Position numbers and translations under genes: made by a program. Positions 7,447 through 16,316 of a stretch of DNA of 18,878 bases are shown piece by piece. How positions within the stretch are numbered: position 1 is the stretch's first letter; every line of letters begins with the position of its first letter. The stretch spans positions 1 to 18,878 of the forward strand of contig JBHLMP010000061.1 of the NCBI GenBank assembly GCA_048938025.1, in the 5' to 3' direction. This stretch comes from Promethearchaeota archaeon (GTDB lineage Archaea; Asgardarchaeota; Lokiarchaeia; Sigyniarchaeales; SOKP01). Below the pieces are notes generated by a model. It had not been told where the DNA came from and did no database searches. It saw only the letters and a list, made by a program, of their open reading frames with translations.

Positions 7447-8679
7447 ATGATTGAAATATCTTTGGAAGAATTTGAAGATTTTTACAAAAAAAAGATTAAT
7501 TCTCAATTTTCAAAAATAAAGAGAGCAACCCAAAAATTAATAACTGACATTCGAGAAAACTTAATCGAAATTAAAGTCTGTATGGATCATTTTATAAAAT
7601 CTGGAGAAAGTAAAGTCGATGGAATAGCTCAAAAATCGTTACACTTCTTTTCTGACAAAATAAGAAAAGAGATTGATGAAATTGAAATTCCTGACGAAGA
7701 TATTTACTATGATAATGTAAATGATCTACTTAATTCTACAAAAAAGCTATTCCCCACTATAAATGAAATTGCTAGAAAGGCATTTCCAAAATTTCAGAAG
7801 GAAGTTCAAACTGAAATCAAAGAGCTCGATTATATTACCCGAAAATTGGGAAAAAAGCAAGGCATTCTTGATGAATTCTTAAGAAAAAAATATAGTGATG
7901 TAAGGGAAGCAGAAGAATTACTAAAAAAATTACCAAAATTGTTTTCTCTGAGAGATCATATTGAAAAAACTAGAATTGAATTGGATGAATTTGAAAATGA
8001 CCATGAAGAGAAAAAAGAGGTTCAAAAGAAATTAAATTCGGAATTAATTGAGCTTGAGAAAAATCAATTATTTAAAAATCTAGAAGATGAAGAGGACAAT
8101 TTATTCAAACTAAAGTTAAAGATTAATGATGTAATAGGATTCAAGAAAGCTCTAAAAAAATTAAAATTTGAATTAGAAAAGGGGACAATTAATGTTCCTA
8201 ATATCGATCTGAATTATCTCAAAGAATTTCTTAAAAATCCCATTAGAATGTTAAGTATTGAACGAAAAGACTTACCAAAATTTACAACTCTCATGGTACA
8301 ATTACGCCATTCATTAGAGGAGAATAAATTAAGCCTCAAATCAGAAACAAAAGAGAAAACAATTGAGCAAATAAATGCTATTTTTGATGAAAAAGAGTTA
8401 CAAGCAAATATTGAGACTTATCTACAAGTGAAAGAAAAAATAAAAGAGATTAAAAATAAAATTGAAGAAGCAGGTCTAGCTCAAAAACTAGATGACTTAA
8501 AAAATCAAATATCAATAATCAGCATTAAATTAGAGCATATCGAGAATGATAAGAACCGAAAAAATAAGGATTATACTAGATATCTTAGTAATTTAAAAGT
8601 TGAACGCGAAACTTTTCAAAATATGGCTGAAAATATATTAAACGAGCCTGTAAAAATTAGTATCACATTTTCATTTTAG
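7447..8679 (+). CDS. Hypothetical coiled-coil protein (410 aa)
   Basis: Long ORF 14 nt after serS, rich in E/K/L heptads; no catalytic or P-loop motif seen. Confidence 0.8.
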   Translation: MIEISLEEFEDFYKKKINSQFSKIKRATQKLITDIRENLIEIKVCMDHFIKSGESKVDGIAQKSLHFFSDKIRKEIDEIEIPDEDIYYDNVNDLLNSTKKLFPTINEIARKAFPKFQKEVQTEIKELDYITRKLGKKQGILDEFLRKKYSDVREAEELLKKLPKLFSLRDHIEKTRIELDEFENDHEEKKEVQKKLNSELIELEKNQLFKNLEDEEDNLFKLKLKINDVIGFKKALKKLKFELEKGTINVPNIDLNYLKEFLKNPIRMLSIERKDLPKFTTLMVQLRHSLEENKLSLKSETKEKTIEQINAIFDEKELQANIETYLQVKEKIKEIKNKIEEAGLAQKLDDLKNQISIISIKLEHIENDKNRKNKDYTRYLSNLKVERETFQNMAENILNEPVKISITFSF

Positions 8680-8694
8680 TTTTTCAATTTGTGT

Positions 8695-9426
8695 TTACTT
8701 TTTTTTTATTATCCTGAACACCCGATTATTATCAACATTAACTTTTTTTAAGGTTAGATTTAAATTTTTTTTTAAAAATTGGTAAGTTTCTGTATGCGTT
8801 AAATTAAAAATTTTTAAATAATTGTATGCTAACACTATATCTTGCTTAACATCCACATCAAACCCTGCTCTAAAGGAATCATAAATCGATATCTTTTTTA
8901 TCCCCATATCATTTGCTTTCTGTATTAAGGCTACTAAAGAGGGTATATTTGGATCTGCAAAAAATGTAGGAATTATATCAGGAGGATTTCTTCCAAGTAT
9001 AGATATTCCAGCAGATTGAATAGCAGGACAAACTAATAATTGATTATTTTTTAACATTTCATTAATTTCATTAAAGTTACGAGCTTTGATTAAAATTATA
9101 TCTATAAACGTTAATATTGTACTTTCTGCATTAAATTTATTAATTGCTATATCATTAAGATTTTTAATAACTTCATCAAACGATTTAGGAGGATTAGTTA
9201 AATTCTCTTTAATTCCAATCAACCCATAATCTTCAGCAAAATCCAATATCTCATCAGTATTACAGTATACTATTTGTTTATCAAAACATGTGACCATAGT
9301 CAAAGTCTTTATTAGGTCTTTAAACATAGCTAAAGTTAAGTCTCTAAGTTGATTATTTGAAAAACAATCTCTAAGTCGAGATTTTGTTCTTGATAATGGT
9401 GCCACAGGAATTAATAAAATACTCAT
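8695..9426 (-). CDS. cofC: CofC-like 2-phospho-L-lactate/PEP guanylyltransferase (F420 biosynthesis), divergent
   Basis: N-terminal ILLIPVAPLSRTKSRL...RDLTLAMFKDLIKTL matches the CofC IPVK-xxxAKSRL...AMLxDV pattern; C-terminal GFDVDVKQDI matches DVDxxxDL. Confidence 0.72.
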   Translation of the reverse strand: MSILLIPVAPLSRTKSRLRDCFSNNQLRDLTLAMFKDLIKTLTMVTCFDKQIVYCNTDEILDFAEDYGLIGIKENLTNPPKSFDEVIKNLNDIAINKFNAESTILTFIDIILIKARNFNEINEMLKNNQLLVCPAIQSAGISILGRNPPDIIPTFFADPNIPSLVALIQKANDMGIKKISIYDSFRAGFDVDVKQDIVLAYNYLKIFNLTHTETYQFLKKNLNLTLKKVNVDNNRVFRIIKKK

Positions 9427-9500
9427 AGTAATAATCTAATAAATTTAATACAACATAAAAATAATAATGGAGGATCTTTTAAATTTAGATAGTTCAAAAC

Positions 9501-10058
9501 TTATTTTAATTTATTCAAAATTTGAACTGATAAAGTTTCAAATGCCTTATTTACATTTTCATTTAACTTGGCTGAAGTCTCAAAATACTTTACTCCTAAA
9601 CTATTTACTTTTTTATCTATAATTTGTTTATTAATATTTCTTTTTAAATCAGTTTTATTTCCAACAATAATATATGGAATATCTCCACTTACTTCTTCTA
9701 ATTTTGAAATCCAAAAATCTAAATTTTTAAAGGAAGATAGATCATTTAAATTAAAAACTACCATAGCTCCAACTGCTTGGACAAAATAATACTCATTACT
9801 AAAAAGTTTATCTTGCTGCCCTCCGATGTCCCAGAAGTACAATTTAAAGCCTTTTTCTTTCACATCTTTCTTCAATTCTGGATTTTTAAAGTCTAATTTA
9901 TCAAGAATGTTTGTTAAATCAATTTCTTTTATTAAAAAATTAGCTCCTATTGTTTGATGATATCCTTCGTTAAACTTGTCATCTACATATCGTACTAATA
10001 AAGATGTTTTGCCAACTCCAGGCTCTCCACACAAAATCACTTTCCCTCGATACGACAT
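9501..10058 (-). CDS. Ras-superfamily (Rab-like) small GTPase
   Basis: G1 GEPGVGKTS, G2 TIGANF, G3 WDIGGQ, G4 NKTD, G5 ETSAK; no C-terminal Cys prenylation motif. Confidence 0.95.
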   Translation of the reverse strand: MSYRGKVILCGEPGVGKTSLLVRYVDDKFNEGYHQTIGANFLIKEIDLTNILDKLDFKNPELKKDVKEKGFKLYFWDIGGQQDKLFSNEYYFVQAVGAMVVFNLNDLSSFKNLDFWISKLEEVSGDIPYIIVGNKTDLKRNINKQIIDKKVNSLGVKYFETSAKLNENVNKAFETLSVQILNKLK

Positions 10059-10169
10059 ATAATCAATTCCCCCTTTTTTTTATCCTATGCTTTATAAATT
10101 AATTTTTATTAAATTTTTATTCGATTTTTTTACTTTATCATCCTTCATATTAAAATAAAATTTAAAGAT

Positions 10170-11012
10170 TCAACTTGGATAAGGTACTTTTTTTGGAGTT
10201 AATTGAATTTCCTTGCATTCTGAAGAAATGAAATGTTTAAATAAATGTTCATACCCAATAATTTGTTTTGGTACACCATTTTCCAACCATAATCCTGAAG
10301 TATATTCAGGGGCTTCTTTTACTTGATCTAACGTGGTAAGTAAAAACTCGTTGTCAGTAATCAATAATCCAAAAGGAATTACGCTATCGCCTTCTATAGA
10401 ATGAATTACTACTGAAATTTTCAATAATTTTTTCATCTCTTCTTTTAAGGTATCATTGTATTTTAGAGCAATAACAACTTGGATATCAGATGAAAATTTC
10501 TTATTCCAAAGATCTTTTAAAATCCAATCATAGCCTCCTAATTCTGTCATTAATAGATCAGGAGTAATTATGAAAAAGATTCGTTTCTTTGCAAAACTGA
10601 TTAGTTCTTTAATCTTTTTTCTAATTTTCTCTCTTGAGTTAATAGACCATACTCGGGGTTCAGATTCTTCTTTATCAATTTCCAATTCGCTTATTGCTTT
10701 CTCTAATATTAATGTATCTTCTATTTTTTGCTTGTATTCCTCACGAATAACTTTGAATATTCTTTCTATCGGTATTACTTGATAATTTGCACCTCTCTTT
10801 ATAGGTTCTTTTTGAATAAAACCTTTTTCGATTAATCTATTTAACGAGTCATAAACTCTTGCGCGATCTACTCCTGAGTGTTTTGCAATATCTGCTGGAC
10901 TTAATATTTTATATTTACATAAGGTAAGTAAGACTTTGGAATCATTCTTCGTGAAACCTAATGATTGAAGCGCAACCTCAATTTCAGTTTCATCAATATT
11001 ATTTTCTAGCAA
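10170..11012 (-). CDS. TrmB-family transcriptional regulator (TTG start, TGA stop)
   Basis: N-terminal wHTH LQSLGFTKNDSKVLLTL...ADIAKHSGVDRARVYDSLNRLIEKGFI, followed by VWSI...LISFAKKRIFFI effector-like domain. Confidence 0.88.
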   Translation of the reverse strand: MLENNIDETEIEVALQSLGFTKNDSKVLLTLCKYKILSPADIAKHSGVDRARVYDSLNRLIEKGFIQKEPIKRGANYQVIPIERIFKVIREEYKQKIEDTLILEKAISELEIDKEESEPRVWSINSREKIRKKIKELISFAKKRIFFIITPDLLMTELGGYDWILKDLWNKKFSSDIQVVIALKYNDTLKEEMKKLLKISVVIHSIEGDSVIPFGLLITDNEFLLTTLDQVKEAPEYTSGLWLENGVPKQIIGYEHLFKHFISSECKEIQLTPKKVPYPS

Positions 11013-11428
11013 TTTCCAGAATTGTCAATTTTTTTTTATATCTATATTATAATAATCTATTCTTAGATTTTATATTTTAATTTATTTTTTTAATTAAAAT
11101 TAAAATTATCAAGAATAAATGAAATAATAGAAATAATAGAATTTTTCTTATAATTAGTGAATCTTTTTTATTGAAATCTTAATAAGTATATAATATTGAA
11201 TAATTAAGAAATCAAGATTTTATTTAATAGAAGTTGAAATTTCAACAATTATCTATTCCTTAAAAATTTCACAATGCTTAATAATAAATTGAAAAATTTT
11301 CGAAGAGAATATTGAGATATTAATAAAAGTGAAAATTCAAAAAATTAAGAAATAAAGCCTTCATTTAATAAAAATTAAAATTTGATTTTAGTCGGAAAAA
11401 TTTTTCTAAAATTAATATAACGATCTGA

Positions 11429-11497
11429 TATTCGAATACCATTGATCTCTCTTTATCGCTCTCTCAAAATATTGATTCGAATCATAACATTTATATA
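11429..11497 (+). promoter_or_regulatory. Putative histone gene promoter: TATA-like TTTATATA (11490-11497) preceded by two ATTCGAAT-core palindromes
   Basis: TATTCGAATA at 11429-11438 and TGATTCGAATCA at 11473-11484; TATA-like element ~80 nt upstream of the ATG; GGAGG SD-like sequence just before 11579. Confidence 0.45.
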
Positions 11498-11578
11498 ATA
11501 GAAATGTGTAGTTATAATTAATTATTAATTTAATAAAATAAAAGTAATCTTATTTAAAATTAGTGGAGGAATAAAAAA

Positions 11579-11824
11579 ATGGCAAAAAAGAAACCCGCAC
11601 CAGCCAAAGCGAAAAAGAAGGCTGAAGGATATATTGCTAAAGCACCTATTCGAAGATTAATGAAGAAAGAAGGCGCTGATCTAGTTGCTGCTGAAGCCTT
11701 AGATAAATTAATAGACTTTTTAGAGAAAAGCGCAGCAAATGCTACAAAAGAAGCACTCAAAGTCTGTAAAACCGACAAGCGCAAACGGATAACGGCTGCT
11801 GATGTAAGGAATGCAACAAGATAA
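11579..11824 (+). CDS. Archaeal histone (HMf-like fold) with Lys/Ala/Pro-rich N-terminal tail
   Basis: IAKAPIRRLMKKEGA (alpha1), VAAEALDKL...ANATKEALKVC (alpha2), KRKRITAADV (L2-alpha3, cf. RKTIxxxD); tail MAKKKPAPAKAKKKAEG. Confidence 0.93.
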   Translation: MAKKKPAPAKAKKKAEGYIAKAPIRRLMKKEGADLVAAEALDKLIDFLEKSAANATKEALKVCKTDKRKRITAADVRNATR

Positions 11825-11850
11825 GTAATTTAAATTTAGAATAATTTTAG

Positions 11851-11870
11851 TTTTTTTTTCTTTTTTTATT
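11851..11870 (+). terminator. Oligo-T archaeal terminator candidate downstream of histone
   Basis: TTTTTTTTTCTTTTTTTATT ~27 nt after the histone stop, in a convergent intergenic region. Confidence 0.5.
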
Positions 11871-11880
11871 GTTTAACTAA

Positions 11881-12405
11881 TTAAAAACTTTCAAAAAATT
11901 TTTTAGTTAGATATTTATTGATATTACTTTCTAACTTCTTTTTAACATTATCTAATCCCTCAGGTAATACTCGTGTTTTGCCCACTATATCTATAAAACC
12001 GAGTTCAGAGCCATATCGGGGAACCAAATGAAAATGCAAATGATCAATACTACCTCCTGCATCTCTCCCTTGGTTTATACCAATATTATACCCCTTAGGG
12101 CTATATAGATCGTCCAATAACAATTGTATTCCCTGAATTGTCCTAGTAATGTGAAGTAATTCTTCTTTAGTAAGTTCAAGGAACTTCGTTATGTGTCTCC
12201 GGGTTACAATCATTAAATGAGCTGGATTATATGGATAAAGGTTGAGAACGACGAAGCAGAGATGATCTTCATAGATTTTCAGGGATTTGACCCTCCCATC
12301 ATTATCTCGTACGGCACATAAAATGCAATCAACTTTAGGTCTAGCTTTTCCTTGAACATAATCCAATTTTCCTAGTGCTTGTAACCACTTATTAAAAATA
12401 ATCAT
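11881..12405 (-). CDS. HIT-family nucleotide hydrolase (Ap4A hydrolase/phosphorylase-like)
   Basis: CILC, LNLYPYNPAHLMIV, GYNIGINQGRDAGGSIDHLHFHLVPR histidine triad. Confidence 0.93.
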   Translation of the reverse strand: MIIFNKWLQALGKLDYVQGKARPKVDCILCAVRDNDGRVKSLKIYEDHLCFVVLNLYPYNPAHLMIVTRRHITKFLELTKEELLHITRTIQGIQLLLDDLYSPKGYNIGINQGRDAGGSIDHLHFHLVPRYGSELGFIDIVGKTRVLPEGLDNVKKKLESNINKYLTKKFFESF

Positions 12406-12423
12406 TCACCATTAAAATAATTA

Positions 12424-12960
12424 TTAAGAGTATAGAGAAAAATCAGGACCAGATGTAAATTCTTTACTTTTAGTAAAATCCTCTGGTTTAATTTTCCCAA
12501 CACAATATTCGCTTAAAATAATATTACTTAAAACAGCACAATTAAAGACTCTACGCACACTATTGTAAAAAGTCTTTTTTGACACTAGTCCATGTTGATT
12601 TAGAAATATTTGATCACTAATTTCATATCTATGATTTTGAATATCGATTCTAAAAAACATATCTCTTAGGAGAAATAATTTTCTTAATTCCATAAAATAT
12701 TCCATCTTCTTATTTTCTTTTAAAGAATTTAAAGCATTCACATGAGGAGGAGAAATTTGAGTGCCTAAACTTATAATAATCAAATCCTTATTCTTTGGTT
12801 TAAAGACTACCATTAAATTTCCCCTTGGACCGGGAGGAAAAGAAAATTGAAATCCAAATTCAAGTTTTTGCTCATTATTGGGTATTTTTTTCCTCAAAAG
12901 CCCCTCATCTAAAAGAAATTCTCTAATAAGATGTTTAATTTTACTTTCTTCAATAGACAT
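12424..12960 (-). CDS. Conserved archaeal hypothetical protein, DUF2299-like
   Basis: IREFLLDEGL, FSFPPG, VFKPKNKD, ISPPHVNAL pattern recalled for DUF2299; not verified by search. Confidence 0.6.
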   Translation of the reverse strand: MSIEESKIKHLIREFLLDEGLLRKKIPNNEQKLEFGFQFSFPPGPRGNLMVVFKPKNKDLIIISLGTQISPPHVNALNSLKENKKMEYFMELRKLFLLRDMFFRIDIQNHRYEISDQIFLNQHGLVSKKTFYNSVRRVFNCAVLSNIILSEYCVGKIKPEDFTKSKEFTSGPDFSLYS

Positions 12961-13053
12961 TTTTTATCAATAAATTAAAGAATTAATTCCTTAATTTAAT
13001 TTTTTAAGAAAGGTTTAAATCTCTTATTAAAAGTTCACAATATGTATCTGAAC

Positions 13054-13407
13054 TTAATATTTGCCTTTCGGCCTAAGTTGAGGTTGAATGCCAGCATTCT
13101 TCAATTTTTCAATATTATTTTCTAATTCTTCATTTGAAGTACAAAATATTACTTGTAAAGAACCTACGTCGATAAATATATTACCTACTATACCTAAACC
13201 CATCAGTTGATTTTCCTTATCAATAAAAGTATGATCAATATCCATTTTAATTGCTTGTTTATTTCCTTCTAATTCAACTAATTGGGGTTGACAAGCAGTA
13301 TAGCCTGCTCCTCTATTTCTTAATAAGTAAGTCATAATTGCATAATCTAATTCATCGTTAATTTCTCCTTGTTCTTGAAGGACCTTAATTACATTTGGAG
13401 CTGACAT
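13054..13407 (-). CDS. Hypothetical protein (117 aa)
   Basis: Clean ATG-TAA ORF co-oriented with neighbours; no family recognised. Confidence 0.75.
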   Translation of the reverse strand: MSAPNVIKVLQEQGEINDELDYAIMTYLLRNRGAGYTACQPQLVELEGNKQAIKMDIDHTFIDKENQLMGLGIVGNIFIDVGSLQVIFCTSNEELENNIEKLKNAGIQPQLRPKGKY

Positions 13408-13514
13408 TTTTATTAATAATATTTTTCTTATTTAGATTAAAATTAGTGAAAGTAATTAATAATATTTTGGTTAAGGTCTTATTGAAAAAAAAATAATGAT
13501 AAAAAATATTTTAT

Positions 13515-13769
13515 TTATTTCATTTGTTCATATATAACCTCATCAACTGAATGCAATGCACAATTCATACTACTTAAAACTTCAGTTACATTTTCTAATA
13601 AAATGTCATTTCCCTCAATACTAATATGTAAAGACGCTGTTTTTTGATCTAACTCATCAACTTTGATTCGCACTTTTGTCATGCCTTCAATTTCCATTAA
13701 TGTCCGAGCAACTAAATCAACAGAAGGCATATGGGGTTTTAAAATATCTAAATCAAAGACAACTTTCAT
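13515..13769 (-). CDS. DUF211-like small archaeal protein
   Basis: VFDLDILKPHMPS ... ISIEG ... LHSVDEV matches the DUF211 LDVLKPHxPS/IEG/IHSIDEV pattern. Confidence 0.8.
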   Translation of the reverse strand: MKVVFDLDILKPHMPSVDLVARTLMEIEGMTKVRIKVDELDQKTASLHISIEGNDILLENVTEVLSSMNCALHSVDEVIYEQMK

Positions 13770-13865
13770 TATTTTATTTTAAACCTTTTAGTTTTATTAA
13801 TCTAATTTGATATTTTTAAACTCTATCAATATTAATTTAGTAAATACTTATAATTTTTTATTTAT

Positions 13866-14558
13866 TTATAAAAGTTCCTCAATAGCGTTTATTAATTTTG
13901 AAGGAATATCATTAAGTTCAATAACTTTATCTGCTTTTTCAAAAGTTTCTTGCTTATGGAAATTAGATCTTTTAGTATTTAAAGCAATGGAGTGAGCTCC
14001 CACATTGATAGCTGCTTCAATATCACGATCAGAATCTCCAATAACCACAATTTCATCTGGTTCAACGTTTAGTTCATTACATATGAATCTTAGATGATCT
14101 GGATGTGGTTTTAGATTTGAAATATTATCTCGTCCTACTATTATTACAAAAAATCCTAATAACCTGACTTTTTTAAGTGATATTTTTGCATTTTTTCTTG
14201 TATTAAATGTAAAAATAGCTTGTTTTAGATCTTTAGATTTAGCAAATTTTAGTACTTGATCAATCCCATTAATCATTGTTGCATTCACAGCAGCTTTATA
14301 TTCGATTTTTATTATTTCTTTATCTACTTCCGCTATTATAGCATTTACTTTTCCATTAGAAAATCCCTTTTTTTGAAAAAAATCTCTTGCACTTGTAACA
14401 TTCTCTAAAATTGAATATTTCACAGTAAGAAGATTTTTAGGGACACCATAATTTTTTAAAATTTTAATAGCTACGTGACGTGCTCTTAAATAATCAATTT
14501 TAAAATGTATAAGAGTTCCATCCAAATCCCAAACTATTGCCTTAATAGACTTCAACAT
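13866..14558 (-). CDS. HAD-superfamily hydrolase (phosphoglycolate phosphatase-like)
   Basis: Motif I WDLDGTL, motif II IFTFN, motif III KPHP, motif IV IGDSDRDIEAA. Confidence 0.92.
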   Translation of the reverse strand: MLKSIKAIVWDLDGTLIHFKIDYLRARHVAIKILKNYGVPKNLLTVKYSILENVTSARDFFQKKGFSNGKVNAIIAEVDKEIIKIEYKAAVNATMINGIDQVLKFAKSKDLKQAIFTFNTRKNAKISLKKVRLLGFFVIIVGRDNISNLKPHPDHLRFICNELNVEPDEIVVIGDSDRDIEAAINVGAHSIALNTKRSNFHKQETFEKADKVIELNDIPSKLINAIEELL

Positions 14559-15131
14559 TTAATATACCAGATCAGAATATATTGGTCCTTTTTGAGTTAA
14601 AATAGATTTTTTCAATTTAACTTCGTTTATATTAAAAGATCCAAATTCTAAATTTTTATTTTCATTAATTAATTTTTTGAGCATATCAAAAGTTTTATAA
14701 TTTATATTAGTCTTTTTTAATCGCGCAATTGTTAGGTGAGGTTGGAACTTGGTTCTTTTATCACGATCAATTTTTAATTTTGTATTTAGTAGTTCTTCAA
14801 TAGTATCTTTAATTCTTTGTAAGAATTGAATGTCACCAATGAGTTTTATCCATAAAACTGAAAAGCTATTAAACTGACCTACACCTTTGAGAAAATATTT
14901 AAATTCTTTACCTTGGAACATCTTTTGGTTGACTTCTTCTTTTAATATAGTAAAAATTTTTGGGGCTAAAGGTTCAGGGATATTTCCAAGAAATTTTAAG
15001 GTCATATGAAGATTTTCTGGTTTCACAAGTTTAAGTTTTGGTTGATTTTGTTGTAAACGAGAAGTGAAAGATACAATTCTCTCAATAGTATCTTGATTTT
15101 TTAATTCAATTGCTATAAAGGTTCTCATCAT
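14559..15131 (-). CDS. thpR: RNA 2',3'-cyclic phosphodiesterase (2H phosphoesterase, ThpR/LigT)
   Basis: MRTFIAIEL start, ENLHMTLKFLG and FQPHLTIAR HxT motifs, KSILTQKGPIY C-terminus. Confidence 0.93.
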   Translation of the reverse strand: MMRTFIAIELKNQDTIERIVSFTSRLQQNQPKLKLVKPENLHMTLKFLGNIPEPLAPKIFTILKEEVNQKMFQGKEFKYFLKGVGQFNSFSVLWIKLIGDIQFLQRIKDTIEELLNTKLKIDRDKRTKFQPHLTIARLKKTNINYKTFDMLKKLINENKNLEFGSFNINEVKLKKSILTQKGPIYSDLVY

Positions 15132-15147
15132 GGTTATTTTTCCCTTT

Positions 15148-16284
15148 TTATTTTTTATTTTTCCAATAATTTAAAATTCTCCATTCTCTTTCTACTAATT
15201 GATTCCTATGTTCAGGAATAATATGAATATTTTTTAAATCTTCTATTGAATTTGACTCTAAAAGCTTAATAATATCTTCCAAAAAAAGAATAACCATTTT
15301 TGCTCTAGTATTTGCATCAGCAGAAGCATTATGTGAGATCAGTATCATCCTTATTTCAGGTTGATTTTTTTTAATTGCTTTTAATCTTTTTAAGGTTTTA
15401 GCATCTAAAGGCTCAATTGGAAAAACATCAAACGCAAGATTTATCTGAATTTCCTTTTTTTCTAATAAATCTAATAATGCATCAAAATCTATAATAGCAC
15501 CTCTAGCAGTGTTTACAAGCAAGGCATTTTTCTTCATTAATTTCAAAAGGTTTCTATCAATAACATTTTCAGTATATTTATTTAATGGAATGTGAAGACT
15601 GACTATATCTGCTTCCTGAAAGATATCTTCTAGATTCTCTTTAAATTCAAGTAAAGGAAATTCTTTTTCGAAATCTTTCATTCGCTTAACATCATAATAT
15701 ATAATTTTTACTCCCCAAGGATACAATTTTTTAACCACTTCTTTCCCAATCTCACCTAATCCTACAATTCCCAATATTTTATTTGTAACAACAGATGATA
15801 AGGTTTGATCTAAGTCCCATTTACTTTTTGCTGTCCACTCTCCATTCCAAACGGATATATGGAGATCAATTAAATTTCGTAAATTAGCCATAATTAAAGC
15901 TATAGTATAATCAGCAACTGTGTCATAAAGAACCCCTGGAGTATGAGTTATAATGATATCATCCTTTTCTGTTCTTTCAATATGATTGTATCCTGCTGTT
16001 GAGGTAGCTATTGCAAAAACTGGTGAACTTTCAAGCATTTCAGCTGTGATTGGATGAGCTAAATGACATCCGATAATATGAGGAGTGAAATTTGAAATTT
16101 CATTTTGTAGTTGGTCTTTTGTTGGATTCCTTCCATTGAAAATTTTAAACTCAGCAGCTTCATTTAATTTTTGCCATAGATTCTTAATAACATCGCGAAT
16201 ATTTTTGCTAATTTTTTCATTAGAACCAATTTTTTCTACAGTAAATACTTTTGAAGTAAAATAAACCTTAGGTAAATAAGCCAT
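15148..16284 (-). CDS. D-isomer-specific 2-hydroxyacid dehydrogenase (glyoxylate reductase-like)
   Basis: TAGYNHI, HTPGVLYDTVAD, GIVGLGEIG (NAD), SLHIPL, LVNTARGAIID, DVFPIEP, catalytic His in SHNASA. Confidence 0.92.
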   Translation of the reverse strand: MAYLPKVYFTSKVFTVEKIGSNEKISKNIRDVIKNLWQKLNEAAEFKIFNGRNPTKDQLQNEISNFTPHIIGCHLAHPITAEMLESSPVFAIATSTAGYNHIERTEKDDIIITHTPGVLYDTVADYTIALIMANLRNLIDLHISVWNGEWTAKSKWDLDQTLSSVVTNKILGIVGLGEIGKEVVKKLYPWGVKIIYYDVKRMKDFEKEFPLLEFKENLEDIFQEADIVSLHIPLNKYTENVIDRNLLKLMKKNALLVNTARGAIIDFDALLDLLEKKEIQINLAFDVFPIEPLDAKTLKRLKAIKKNQPEIRMILISHNASADANTRAKMVILFLEDIIKLLESNSIEDLKNIHIIPEHRNQLVEREWRILNYWKNKK

Positions 16285-16316
16285 AATTATTATTCGTAAT
16301 AATTTAATTTCAATTT

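Noticed and set aside
9568-13995. Short ORFs 9568..9789, 10570..10782, 11560..11784, 13807..13995
   Set aside because: Antisense shadows of the GTPase, TrmB, histone and HAD genes.
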